DNA of 64,000 nt, taken from assembly GCA_963793265.1 (NCBI GenBank), contig CAWBZI010000007.1, positions 1 to 64,000 of the forward strand, written 5' to 3'. Position numbers and translations under genes: made by a program. Under the pieces are notes generated by a model. The model worked only from the letters and a program-made list of their open reading frames with translations, was not told the DNA's origin and made no database searches. Positions within the stretch are counted from its first letter, which is position 1, and each line of letters starts with the position of its first letter. This document shows, piece after piece, positions 23,004-31,083 of this stretch. Origin of the DNA: an uncultured cyanobacterium (GTDB taxonomy: Bacteria > Cyanobacteriota > Cyanobacteriia > Phormidesmidales > Phormidesmidaceae).

Positions 23004-23492
23004 TAGCGTTAAGCCTTCCTCAATAGCCGACTCTGTTCTAAGCCGCACGTTCACCAGCATCGTTCGATAGTCCTCTAGCTCAGCCCGATTAGAGAGCGGG
23101 CCGTGACCTGGAATAATTTGAGTCTCTTCATCAGCTAGCGCTAGTACGGTTTCAACTGCTTCAATCATGCCAACCACAGATAGCAGCATATAGATATTCT
23201 CAGCGACTGGCACCGTTTTAATTTCAACCGCACTAAAGTCCTGCTCTTGCGCAAAGCTAGCTGTGCCTATGCTCAGCGCGCCTAATCCGAGAATACTGGC
23301 TGCAATTCGTTTAATAGGTGTTATTGAGGTTAAATATGTAGCCTTTTAGCTAGTTCGTATGAGGGAACGTACTTAGATGATTGATGCATGTTATGAGCTG
23401 CCTACATCAGACCGTAATATTTCTACACGTCTGTTCCTTTTGGCTGATGCTGCCCCTATCGACTTTTATTAAATTATGCGTGCAGACCTTTT

Positions 23493-23705
23493 TTGGAAGA
23501 CAATATTATGCAAGACGGAACAAACGTGCCCATGGATCTCAAGAAGCCTTACGTTGAGCCCGCTACTAGCTGGAAGTTTGGGTTTGTACCCAGTGCTGAA
23601 ATCTGGAACGGTCGCCTGGCAATGATGGGCTTTCTCGCAGCCGCTTTGGTCGAGATTTTCTCTGGTCAAGGCTTCCTGCACTTCTGGGGCCTGCTAGGGA
23701 TGTAG
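23493..23705 (+). CDS. hli: High light inducible protein (HLIP/SCP family)
   Basis: FGFVPSAEIWNGRLAMMGF chlorophyll-binding helix motif. Confidence 0.93.
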   Translation: MEDNIMQDGTNVPMDLKKPYVEPATSWKFGFVPSAEIWNGRLAMMGFLAAALVEIFSGQGFLHFWGLLGM

Positions 23706-23758
23706 TCTTCGCCGCTTTTTAGCGGAACGTATAGAGACTATTTTCAACTCGACTTTTG

Positions 23759-23790
23759 AAGGCGGTAGCTGGTTTCTAGCTGCCGCCTTT
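23759..23790. terminator. Probable intrinsic terminator between convergent genes
   Basis: Stem AAGGCGGTAGCT/AGCTGCCGCCTT followed by a T-rich tract. Confidence 0.65.
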
Positions 23791-23802
23791 AATTTGTCTC
23801 AG

Positions 23803-25533
23803 CTAAAAGACGCCGAATTTGGAGGTTACGATCTTAGCCTTATTGGCCTCTATATAGTCCCAAATGAGGCGACATACTGGGCGTTTTTGCCCTACATTGC
23901 AGTTCTCGTGCAGATCTACGTAGGGTAAGAAGTTGTATTCGTTGAAAGCACCGCCGGTTTCGCTAAGTGGCTTAGAGATATCTGAAACAATCAGATCAAA
24001 GCCTAGCGTTAGGGTAGTGAACTTATAAGAGAAGTCAATACAGCTTTGGATAATGCTGTGGTGGAGCTGGTCGGTACAATCTATATAGTCAGAGCCCGTG
24101 GAGGCTGTAATTTTTTCTTGCAGGTAAACGACTTCTTTAGGCGGTAGCACCGTTTCCAGGCTGTAGCCTGCTTCGGCTAGAAGCCTGCGGCTGGTGTCGT
24201 CAAAAACGAGCTTGTGAATAGTGGTGTGGGCTTCGTAGCGATCGCCCCTCCCGACTTCTTCATTCCTCAGCCGAAACAGCTCTAAAATAGAATGCTGCCC
24301 GTCGCCTGTTACATTAGCGGGCCTACGTTCTACGCAGCCTGCATACTTGTGATCGAGAATAAGCACCCGGTAATCGCGCCCCGAAATGTGAGATTCGAGC
24401 TGAATGGTGCTGCCATTTGCCGCGATGATATCGGCGCACTGCTGTAGCTGATTGGGCGTAGTGAGGTTAGGAAATACGTTTTCGCTGAGGCTGCCGGAGT
24501 CTGGCTTGACGACAAGGGGAAACGGTAGGTTTTGAGGTTGGATTTTTTGCGTGATTTCGGTGAAGCTTGCGAACAGACCGTAGGAAATTGGGACGGCTAA
24601 TCCGCTCGCTTTCATAAGTGAGAGTTTGTACGCTTTGGTTTGTTCGTAGTCGTAGTCTTGATACTGGCGGCGGAAGGAGAAATGACCTGGATAAATTTTG
24701 TAGATAAAGCCTTTGCCGTCGCGCTCTGCTTGAAAGGTTCTGTCTCGAAGGCTGAGTACTTTGAAGCTAAAGCCGCGCTCCATTCCGGCCTGCATCACCG
24801 TCCAAATGCGTTTGGTGAGCTGCCGGTAGTCAATAGTGCTTGCAAGATTAGGATCTATAGTGGATTCTGTGCGGATGGCTTTGGGTGTGATTTGGGTGGC
24901 GGCGGTATCGACGGGGGCGGATTTGGCGATCGCACGAGCTGCCTGCTGCACACTAGCAATGTTGGGCTTTAGCGGATGCTGGTAGAGGGCCTGGGCAATC
25001 GCAATAGAATTTCCTACTAGCAGCCCGGCGGCTGTATTCACAGTGATCGCGTACTCTCCTCTCGCCTCAATAAAACCTGCCTTGGCATCTATCGACCGGC
25101 TCCAGCTCACTGTATTGTTTGGCGGTTGAGTGCAGCCTAAGCGGCTAAAATCTTGACAGGCTTGCGCAATGCAATGGCCGCCGCCTTCGGCATCGCTGGT
25201 TAGCAGTAGCCCAAATACTTTGTTATATAGCTGATGCTCTGTGCGATCGCCTTGCAGTTTCTCAAGCAGTTTGTAATAGATTGAGGGAGATCTGCTGTGA
25301 CGCACTGACAATCCAACAATCAGGATATGAGCCGCTTGAATATGCTGTAGAACCGCAGAGAACCTATAGTCTTTCTTTTGTGATATTTCATAGTCAATGA
25401 CTCGGAGCTGATGCGTTCTATGACCCTGTTGCTGATATTTTTGGGCGACGACAGTCCAGAGCGCTTCAGTATTGCTCACTTCAGGAGAACGCTTCAGCGT
25501 GCAGTTCAAAAATAGGATATTGAGCGCGTTCAT
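23803..25533 (-). CDS. Fusion of a degenerate flavodoxin-like (FMN reductase-type) domain and a cyanophycin-synthetase/GshF-like ATP-grasp domain
   Basis: N-terminus ILFLNCTLKRSPEVSNTEAL; C-terminus PLVVKPDSGS, GRDYRVLI, ERRPANVTGDGQHSI, GFDLI..FNEYN. Confidence 0.8.
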   Translation of the reverse strand: MNALNILFLNCTLKRSPEVSNTEALWTVVAQKYQQQGHRTHQLRVIDYEISQKKDYRFSAVLQHIQAAHILIVGLSVRHSRSPSIYYKLLEKLQGDRTEHQLYNKVFGLLLTSDAEGGGHCIAQACQDFSRLGCTQPPNNTVSWSRSIDAKAGFIEARGEYAITVNTAAGLLVGNSIAIAQALYQHPLKPNIASVQQAARAIAKSAPVDTAATQITPKAIRTESTIDPNLASTIDYRQLTKRIWTVMQAGMERGFSFKVLSLRDRTFQAERDGKGFIYKIYPGHFSFRRQYQDYDYEQTKAYKLSLMKASGLAVPISYGLFASFTEITQKIQPQNLPFPLVVKPDSGSLSENVFPNLTTPNQLQQCADIIAANGSTIQLESHISGRDYRVLILDHKYAGCVERRPANVTGDGQHSILELFRLRNEEVGRGDRYEAHTTIHKLVFDDTSRRLLAEAGYSLETVLPPKEVVYLQEKITASTGSDYIDCTDQLHHSIIQSCIDFSYKFTTLTLGFDLIVSDISKPLSETGGAFNEYNFLPYVDLHENCNVGQKRPVCRLIWDYIEANKAKIVTSKFGVF

Positions 25534-25548
25534 ATGATATTGGTAGAT

Positions 25549-25592
25549 TGGGAACGGCAATAGGTGGGAACGGCAATAGGTGGGAACGGCAA
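25549..25592. repeat. 16-bp tandem repeat (TGGGAACGGCAATAGG, ~2.75 copies)
   Basis: Read directly; lies just upstream of the 25533 start in the divergent intergenic region. Confidence 0.85.
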
Positions 25593-25791
25593 CAGCTTGC
25601 AAACCAATGTAGCATCTGCGTTTTGGGATTATATGAGAGCGCTATGAGCTTGCGTTAAGAAGGACGCTTGTTTATTTAGAAGATTTTGTTGGTAATTTCT
25701 CAGCGTTCAGTCAGAACACCTTCATATTTGAATGCTTCTATAGGCAAAAAGCCTCCAGGCCATCAAAGCATTTATCCGAAGCACTTGTTCT

Positions 25792-26886
25792 ATGAAGCTA
25801 CTCAGCCTTTGCAATCCTCTCCACTACGCTCGCCCGCCGCTAGATGTACCCACCTTCTATCAGCGGCTCTCACGCGATCCTCGGGTGACGTTTTACCACG
25901 TGCCGACGCCTTATGTAGTCGCGGGCGTGTTTTCTGGGGAGCTGCCCAAAGCTCAGGCGATACCAGTCTCTGAGCTGCTGAGCTATGAGGCATTTGTAGC
26001 GCTAGGTCAGGGCGCGCCAAAAGGCATCAGCTTAGAAGAAATAGACGTGGTGTTTTGCCGAACGCTGAAGCCTTATGCCCCTCACTATTTGGATTTGCTT
26101 AGCGGCTGGGAGCCGTTTACGCGCTTTGTGAATCGGCCTTCGGGTAAGCGATCGCAAATGAAGTCTGACTTTTTAATGACCGTGGCCAGCGCCTATATGC
26201 CAGAGACGATCGTCAGCGAAAGCGAGCACAAGATTCTTGCATTTTTTGAAAAGCACCAAACCATTGTGGCGAAGCGAGCAAACAGCACGGGCGGGCGCGG
26301 TGTGTTCAAAATCTTCTACAAGGGCGGGGCCTATCAAGTCGATAACGTGCTAACGGGCATGCAGGTATTTCCAGTGTTTTCTCAGGTTTTGGACTATCTC
26401 AAGGTCGGGCAAACCGAGCCGGTTCAATTCTGTCGGTATTTGACGAACACCACTGCGGGAGATAAGCGGGTGGTGGTCGTAGATGGTGAGATTTATGGGA
26501 GCTACTTGCGCCGGTCTAAGAGCGGGCATTGGGTGAACAATGTGAGCGCCGATGGAGCGTGTAGCCTGGCGGAGATTACGCCTGATGAGCGAGAGGCGAT
26601 CGCCTGTACGGCTAGCTACTATCAGGCGCTGGGGCTGCATACGCTGGGCTATGACTTTTTGATGGATGACGATGGTACCTGGCGCATCAGCGAAATTAAT
26701 GCAGGTAATATTGGCGGCTTTGCACGACTCGAGCTATTGACAGAAGAGCCAGTGATGGATCGGCTGATTGACTGGCTGATAGCCTATTCCCGGCGACCTT
26801 TAGCCTCTTCTCTCATTCCTTCTTTAGCGCCTGCTTCGGCCCCTCCTAAACTTCTTAGCACGCTCTCAGCAACAGCAAATATATAG
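25792..26886 (+). CDS. Glutathione synthetase-like (GshB/RimK) ATP-grasp ligase
   Basis: DVVFCR, FVNRP, KRANSTGGRGVF, GDKRVVVVDG, WVNNVSADG, GYDFL..ISEINAGN. Confidence 0.82.
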   Translation: MKLLSLCNPLHYARPPLDVPTFYQRLSRDPRVTFYHVPTPYVVAGVFSGELPKAQAIPVSELLSYEAFVALGQGAPKGISLEEIDVVFCRTLKPYAPHYLDLLSGWEPFTRFVNRPSGKRSQMKSDFLMTVASAYMPETIVSESEHKILAFFEKHQTIVAKRANSTGGRGVFKIFYKGGAYQVDNVLTGMQVFPVFSQVLDYLKVGQTEPVQFCRYLTNTTAGDKRVVVVDGEIYGSYLRRSKSGHWVNNVSADGACSLAEITPDEREAIACTASYYQALGLHTLGYDFLMDDDGTWRISEINAGNIGGFARLELLTEEPVMDRLIDWLIAYSRRPLASSLIPSLAPASAPPKLLSTLSATANI

Positions 26887-26956
26887 CCGCTAATTTGTTT
26901 TTAGAACAAGTTTTTATTTTTTAAAACTTTAAACATCCTAATTTGAGCCTTTTAAG

Positions 26957-27763
26957 ATGGTGTTGACGATTTTTCATGAAGCAGGCTACCAAACAGGCCG
27001 TGAGCTGAAGAACGATGCTCTCAATAGTTCAGCTAGCTACAGTTCTGTTGATGACTATCCAGCGAGTTTGCAAATACTGATAGAAAAGCTTCAGACCTCT
27101 CGGTACTTAAGCGCTGAGCAGGTGACGAGCGTACTTAAAGCAGCTAACGTCTCCGCTGAAGATTTGATGCCCTGGGCAGATTTTGACCATTCGTGTCGCG
27201 ATAGCTATGGTCGCAAGCTGGTGTTTTATGGCGGGCACTTTGAGATAATGGTGATGTCTTGGGTGCCAGGTGACTTCAGCGCGGTGCATGACCACGGGCC
27301 GACGCAGTGGGGCGCGGTGCAGTGCTTCGGGTATGCGAAACACTATATTTATACGCTCAAAAATTGCGTGCTCCAAAATTCAGTGGCCGCTCACTATTCA
27401 CCAGGCATGATTCACGCGGTTAACAACAGTTTGATTCATCAAATGGGCAACGAGAGCGATTGCCCTTTTTTGAGCCTGCATGTCTATGGCTGCCAAGACA
27501 CTCAACCGTCTATCACCGGTAACGCGCGGGTGTTTGATTTATTAGAAGGGAGCATTCAATATACCGACAGCGGCGTGTTCTTTTGCCTGCCAGACGACAA
27601 AATAAACAAGCGGCAGTACGGCATCAGAGGCGATAGAGAAACCACGCTCAGGCAGCACCGACTGATGAATAGTCGCCTTCGTCAGATGGTGAGGTTAAGG
27701 GACAATCGCCGCGCTAAAGAGATGCTCAGGCGCTTGCAAACGAGAATGAAGACTATTCAATAG
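26957..27763 (+). CDS. Cysteine dioxygenase type I family protein
   Basis: YGRKLV, MSWVPGDFSAVHDHG, IHQMGN and SLHVY (3-His cupin and Tyr motif). Confidence 0.88.
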   Translation: MVLTIFHEAGYQTGRELKNDALNSSASYSSVDDYPASLQILIEKLQTSRYLSAEQVTSVLKAANVSAEDLMPWADFDHSCRDSYGRKLVFYGGHFEIMVMSWVPGDFSAVHDHGPTQWGAVQCFGYAKHYIYTLKNCVLQNSVAAHYSPGMIHAVNNSLIHQMGNESDCPFLSLHVYGCQDTQPSITGNARVFDLLEGSIQYTDSGVFFCLPDDKINKRQYGIRGDRETTLRQHRLMNSRLRQMVRLRDNRRAKEMLRRLQTRMKTIQ

Positions 27764-27776
27764 TCGCTTTTGTTTA

Positions 27777-28985
27777 CTACGGTCTGCGAAAGCGGTTTGA
27801 GAGCGGGACTGCGCTAACACCGTGCAGGACGATGCTCATTAAAACGGTGAGGACGACGCAGGCAGCAAGCTCGTTAATACCGGGTACTGGAAATTCGTCT
27901 AGCACTAGCAGCGCAAACAATATAGAGGCAAGTCCTCTAGGGCCAAACCAGCCGAGAAACAGCTTGTCGTAGCGGCTGAGATTGAGCCCTTTGAGCGCAA
28001 TCCAAATAGGTATAAGGCGAACAAAGGTGAGAAATAGCACCGCGAGCGTGAACGTTCTCCAACCGATATGCGTGAGCCCAAGCGGGGCTAATACTGCGCC
28101 GAAGATAAAGAAGGTGAGAACGGTGAGAAGCTGGCCTTCGCCTTCCATAAATTCAACAATGAAGGTGGGGGGCGATCGCAACACATTCCCAAACGTCAAC
28201 CCCCCGACAAAAGCAGCGATAAATCCGTTACCACCAATAGCCTCTGCACCAAAATAGATAATAAATGCGGTGGTTAGAAAGTATAGCCCTTGGGCAACTG
28301 TGGTAGCTGAGCGATGGTTAACCGATACATCCAAGAGCCTGGCGGCTACGGTGCCAACAACAATACCGGTGAGCGGGCCTAGCGTGAGCTGTAAGAGTGT
28401 GAACAAAGCCACGTTGTTAGGAATATTTTCATTGCTAATTCCAGCAGCGTTAGTGGCCAGAACAGCGGCAATGAGTACAACCGGTAGCGCTAGTCCATCG
28501 TTTAAACCGCTTTCGACGTTAATGCTTTGGCTAAGCCTTTTAGGCACAGCAGGGCTAGTAACAACGCTTTGACCTAAGGCGGCATCGGTCGGGGTCAAAA
28601 TAGCAGCGACTAAAAGCGCTAAAAACCATGAGCTATCAGGAGAAACCCATTTGGCTATAAAGGTACCTATAACAACGCTCAACGGCATCCCGATTAGCAG
28701 CATACGAGCTGGAATAGCTGCTTCTTTCCTCAGTGCGCTGAGCTTTACCTGCGAGGCATCTGCAAATAAAACCAGGATCAGCGTGGCTTCTGTAATGAGC
28801 TGAATAGAGTCGCGATCGGCGTTTTCAGAGACGAGCCCAAAGCCGAACGGCCCCAGCAGAAGGCCGAGGGCGGTGAAGATCATCGGTAGAGAAATAACGG
28901 AAGCTGCAAGCCGACGAGAGAGCAGGGCGTAGGTGGCCGTGGCTGCAAGCACAATCAAAATGACGGTAGTAGAAGGCATAGGCAA
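27777..28985 (-). CDS. Cation:proton antiporter (CPA1/NhaP-like)
   Basis: ILTPTDAALG, VESGLNDG and WFGPRGLAS. Confidence 0.9.
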   Translation of the reverse strand: MPMPSTTVILIVLAATATYALLSRRLAASVISLPMIFTALGLLLGPFGFGLVSENADRDSIQLITEATLILVLFADASQVKLSALRKEAAIPARMLLIGMPLSVVIGTFIAKWVSPDSSWFLALLVAAILTPTDAALGQSVVTSPAVPKRLSQSINVESGLNDGLALPVVLIAAVLATNAAGISNENIPNNVALFTLLQLTLGPLTGIVVGTVAARLLDVSVNHRSATTVAQGLYFLTTAFIIYFGAEAIGGNGFIAAFVGGLTFGNVLRSPPTFIVEFMEGEGQLLTVLTFFIFGAVLAPLGLTHIGWRTFTLAVLFLTFVRLIPIWIALKGLNLSRYDKLFLGWFGPRGLASILFALLVLDEFPVPGINELAACVVLTVLMSIVLHGVSAVPLSNRFRRP

Positions 28986-29219
28986 AGCGTGAGGCGAATT
29001 GAATTAGATGTCTTCATTTTCTGGCTCAAACGGTACGTCTGTCTTGGAATTGAGTGAGGTTTTTTGCATCATGAGTAACTTCATCTCGTAATCTCAGGAC
29101 AAGCTTATTTTCGTATTCGCGGATACTCATGTGCCGCCTTCACTATAGAAATTGTAGACAAGGCGATCGCCCCTCGAACCAATCGGGCCTACCGCCTTTA
29201 TTTGGAGATATCAAAACTC

Positions 29220-29396
29220 ATGAAACGCTTTTTACTTTCTACGCTTACACTCATGACGACAACAGCACTATTAACAACGACTGTAAGCGCCCGTCAGGTA
29301 GGTCTGAACAATCCGATTGCCGATCTTAATGGAGACGGCAATGTAACCCTTCACGAGGTTGTTACGTTTAATCGCGATCGCAGAGATAAAAACTAA
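29220..29396 (+). CDS. Small secreted protein with one EF-hand-like loop
   Basis: MKRFLLSTLTLM signal peptide; DLNGDGNVTLHE calcium-loop pattern. Confidence 0.65.
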   Translation: MKRFLLSTLTLMTTTALLTTTVSARQVGLNNPIADLNGDGNVTLHEVVTFNRDRRDKN

Positions 29397-29448
29397 GTTA
29401 AGAAATCATCTATGAACAAAAACAACTATTAATTAAGAGAATTTTACG

Positions 29449-30261
29449 ATGAAAACACAGACCTTGGTCAAAGTAGCGCCAAAGCAAAAAACAGACAGTG
29501 ATTTAAGCAGGTGCCTAACGCACAGATCTGTTCATAGTCTGGCTGAAACAATCTCTCTTTTGAGCGCTTCAGAGGCGAATGAAATCATTTCAGCTTGTGG
29601 CGAACTCGGGCCAGATCCAAGCTCAGACCATTTTACAGCGCGAACCAAAAACGTTGCTTACGTGCTGTGTCTCAACGGAGAATGGTTTCAAATTCGCGCC
29701 CGCTGTTTTTCTCAACCCGAACAGTACAACGATTTCTCGGGCGGCTACAAGCGCTGCTATCGCGAAATGCCGCAGCCGTTCTTGACGAGTCCGGCGACTA
29801 AGAAGGTGCTGAATGCCTTTAAAGAAAAGTACAACATTTCTGATAATGAGCCGGTTTTGGTGCAGGTGCAAAAAAGCCACATCACCAACGAAAACTCTGG
29901 CGGGTGCTTAACCGGGCAGGGCATTCATTCTGACGGAGCCGATAGAGCGATGCTAGTATGCTTGGAGCGCGAGCATATTGAAGGGGCCAAGAGCGCTATC
30001 TATGCCGACCTTGAAGGGACGCGATCGCTCATCAGTCCTTTTGTATTAGCAGCCGGTGATGCGATGCTGTGGCACGACAATCAGGTTTTTCATACTGTTG
30101 AACCGGCTAGCGTGGCACCAACAGCTTTAGCAGGCACTCGCACCGTTCTAATTGCACACTATCCGGCAATTCACTATCTTAACGGGACTGTAAACCCCAA
30201 CAATACCCTGGGCACAAACGTGGCTGAGGCGCACAGGCGACTGCGAAACCAGAGCGTCTAG
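29449..30261 (+). CDS. 2OG-Fe(II) dioxygenase family protein
   Basis: QPEQYNDFSGGYKR, GIHSDG (HxD), VFHTV (distal His), GTRTVL (2OG Arg). Confidence 0.82.
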   Translation: MKTQTLVKVAPKQKTDSDLSRCLTHRSVHSLAETISLLSASEANEIISACGELGPDPSSDHFTARTKNVAYVLCLNGEWFQIRARCFSQPEQYNDFSGGYKRCYREMPQPFLTSPATKKVLNAFKEKYNISDNEPVLVQVQKSHITNENSGGCLTGQGIHSDGADRAMLVCLEREHIEGAKSAIYADLEGTRSLISPFVLAAGDAMLWHDNQVFHTVEPASVAPTALAGTRTVLIAHYPAIHYLNGTVNPNNTLGTNVAEAHRRLRNQSV

Positions 30262-30303
30262 TAAAAGCGAGCTAACACGACACTCCAACACCAGAGCATA
30301 ACT

Positions 30304-30960
30304 ATGACAACTCAAACCGATCTCTCCTCTCAAATTATCGAATTTCAAACTGGCTTTTTACAGCAAGTTCCCCAAGAAACGTCTGCTCTTATGCAACAGA
30401 AGACGGCTGAGCTAGAAGCTTCTGGCGTTACCAACAATAGCTTGAAGGTGGGCGATCGCGCCCCTGATTTTGAACTGCCCGACGCCGTTGGCAATTCTCA
30501 CAAGCTCAGCCAGCTTTTGACGAAAGGCCCTGTTATTATCAACTTTTATCGCGGTGAATGGTGCCCCTACTGCAACTTAGAGATTCGCGCTTTTCAAAAT
30601 CTGCTGCCCGAATTTCAGCAGGCTAACGCGCAGCTTGTGGCTATTTCACCTGAGCTGCCTAACTACTCGCTAACCATGCAAGAAAAGCACGATCTTGCCT
30701 TTCCAGTCCTTAGCGATGTTGGCAATCAGGTTGCGCGTAGCTACGGACTGGTGTTTACGCTAGACGCGGCGCTACGCCCGCTTTACAAAGGATTTGGGCT
30801 TGATATCGAGGCTCACAATGGCGACGATAGCTACGAGCTGCCGGTTCCGGCAACCTACGTGATTGATAGCAATGGGATGGTTCGCTATGCCTATGCTAAT
30901 GCTGACTATACAAAAAGGGCTGAACCGGCTGATGTTTTAGCGGCGGTTAAAGCGCTGTAG
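30304..30960 (+). CDS. Peroxiredoxin-like AhpC/TSA family protein
   Basis: FYRGEWCPYCNLE and ELPVPATYVID. Confidence 0.92.
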   Translation: MTTQTDLSSQIIEFQTGFLQQVPQETSALMQQKTAELEASGVTNNSLKVGDRAPDFELPDAVGNSHKLSQLLTKGPVIINFYRGEWCPYCNLEIRAFQNLLPEFQQANAQLVAISPELPNYSLTMQEKHDLAFPVLSDVGNQVARSYGLVFTLDAALRPLYKGFGLDIEAHNGDDSYELPVPATYVIDSNGMVRYAYANADYTKRAEPADVLAAVKAL

Positions 30961-31083
30961 CTTTGTACGAGCTTGTGAGCGTGGATAGTTTGACGGGGCC
31001 GATTTGACGACCGTTAAACTGGCTGTCAAATTGGCACATGCGATAGGATTCTAGGCTACCGTGGAAAAAATAGGCACTTTTTT

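Larger units (their letters stand above)
22728..23320 (-). pseudogene. Secreted MBL-fold metallo-hydrolase (cyclase-like) remnant with internal deletion and MITE insertion
   Basis: Signal peptide-QEQDFSAVEIKTVPVAENIYML joins directly to GMIEAVE...IIPGHGPLS; the HxHxDH core is absent. The C-terminus EEFVASEPLADYGEALGGGFLTADQFLAIAYESLSQ* lies beyond the MITE. Confidence 0.78.

Noticed and set aside
23803..25533. Cyanophycin synthetase cphA
   Set aside because: Only the ATP-grasp part is similar; no Mur-ligase domain, and the N-terminus is flavodoxin-like
25549..25592. Tandem repeat as a CRISPR array
   Set aside because: 16-bp units are contiguous with no spacers, and there are no cas genes
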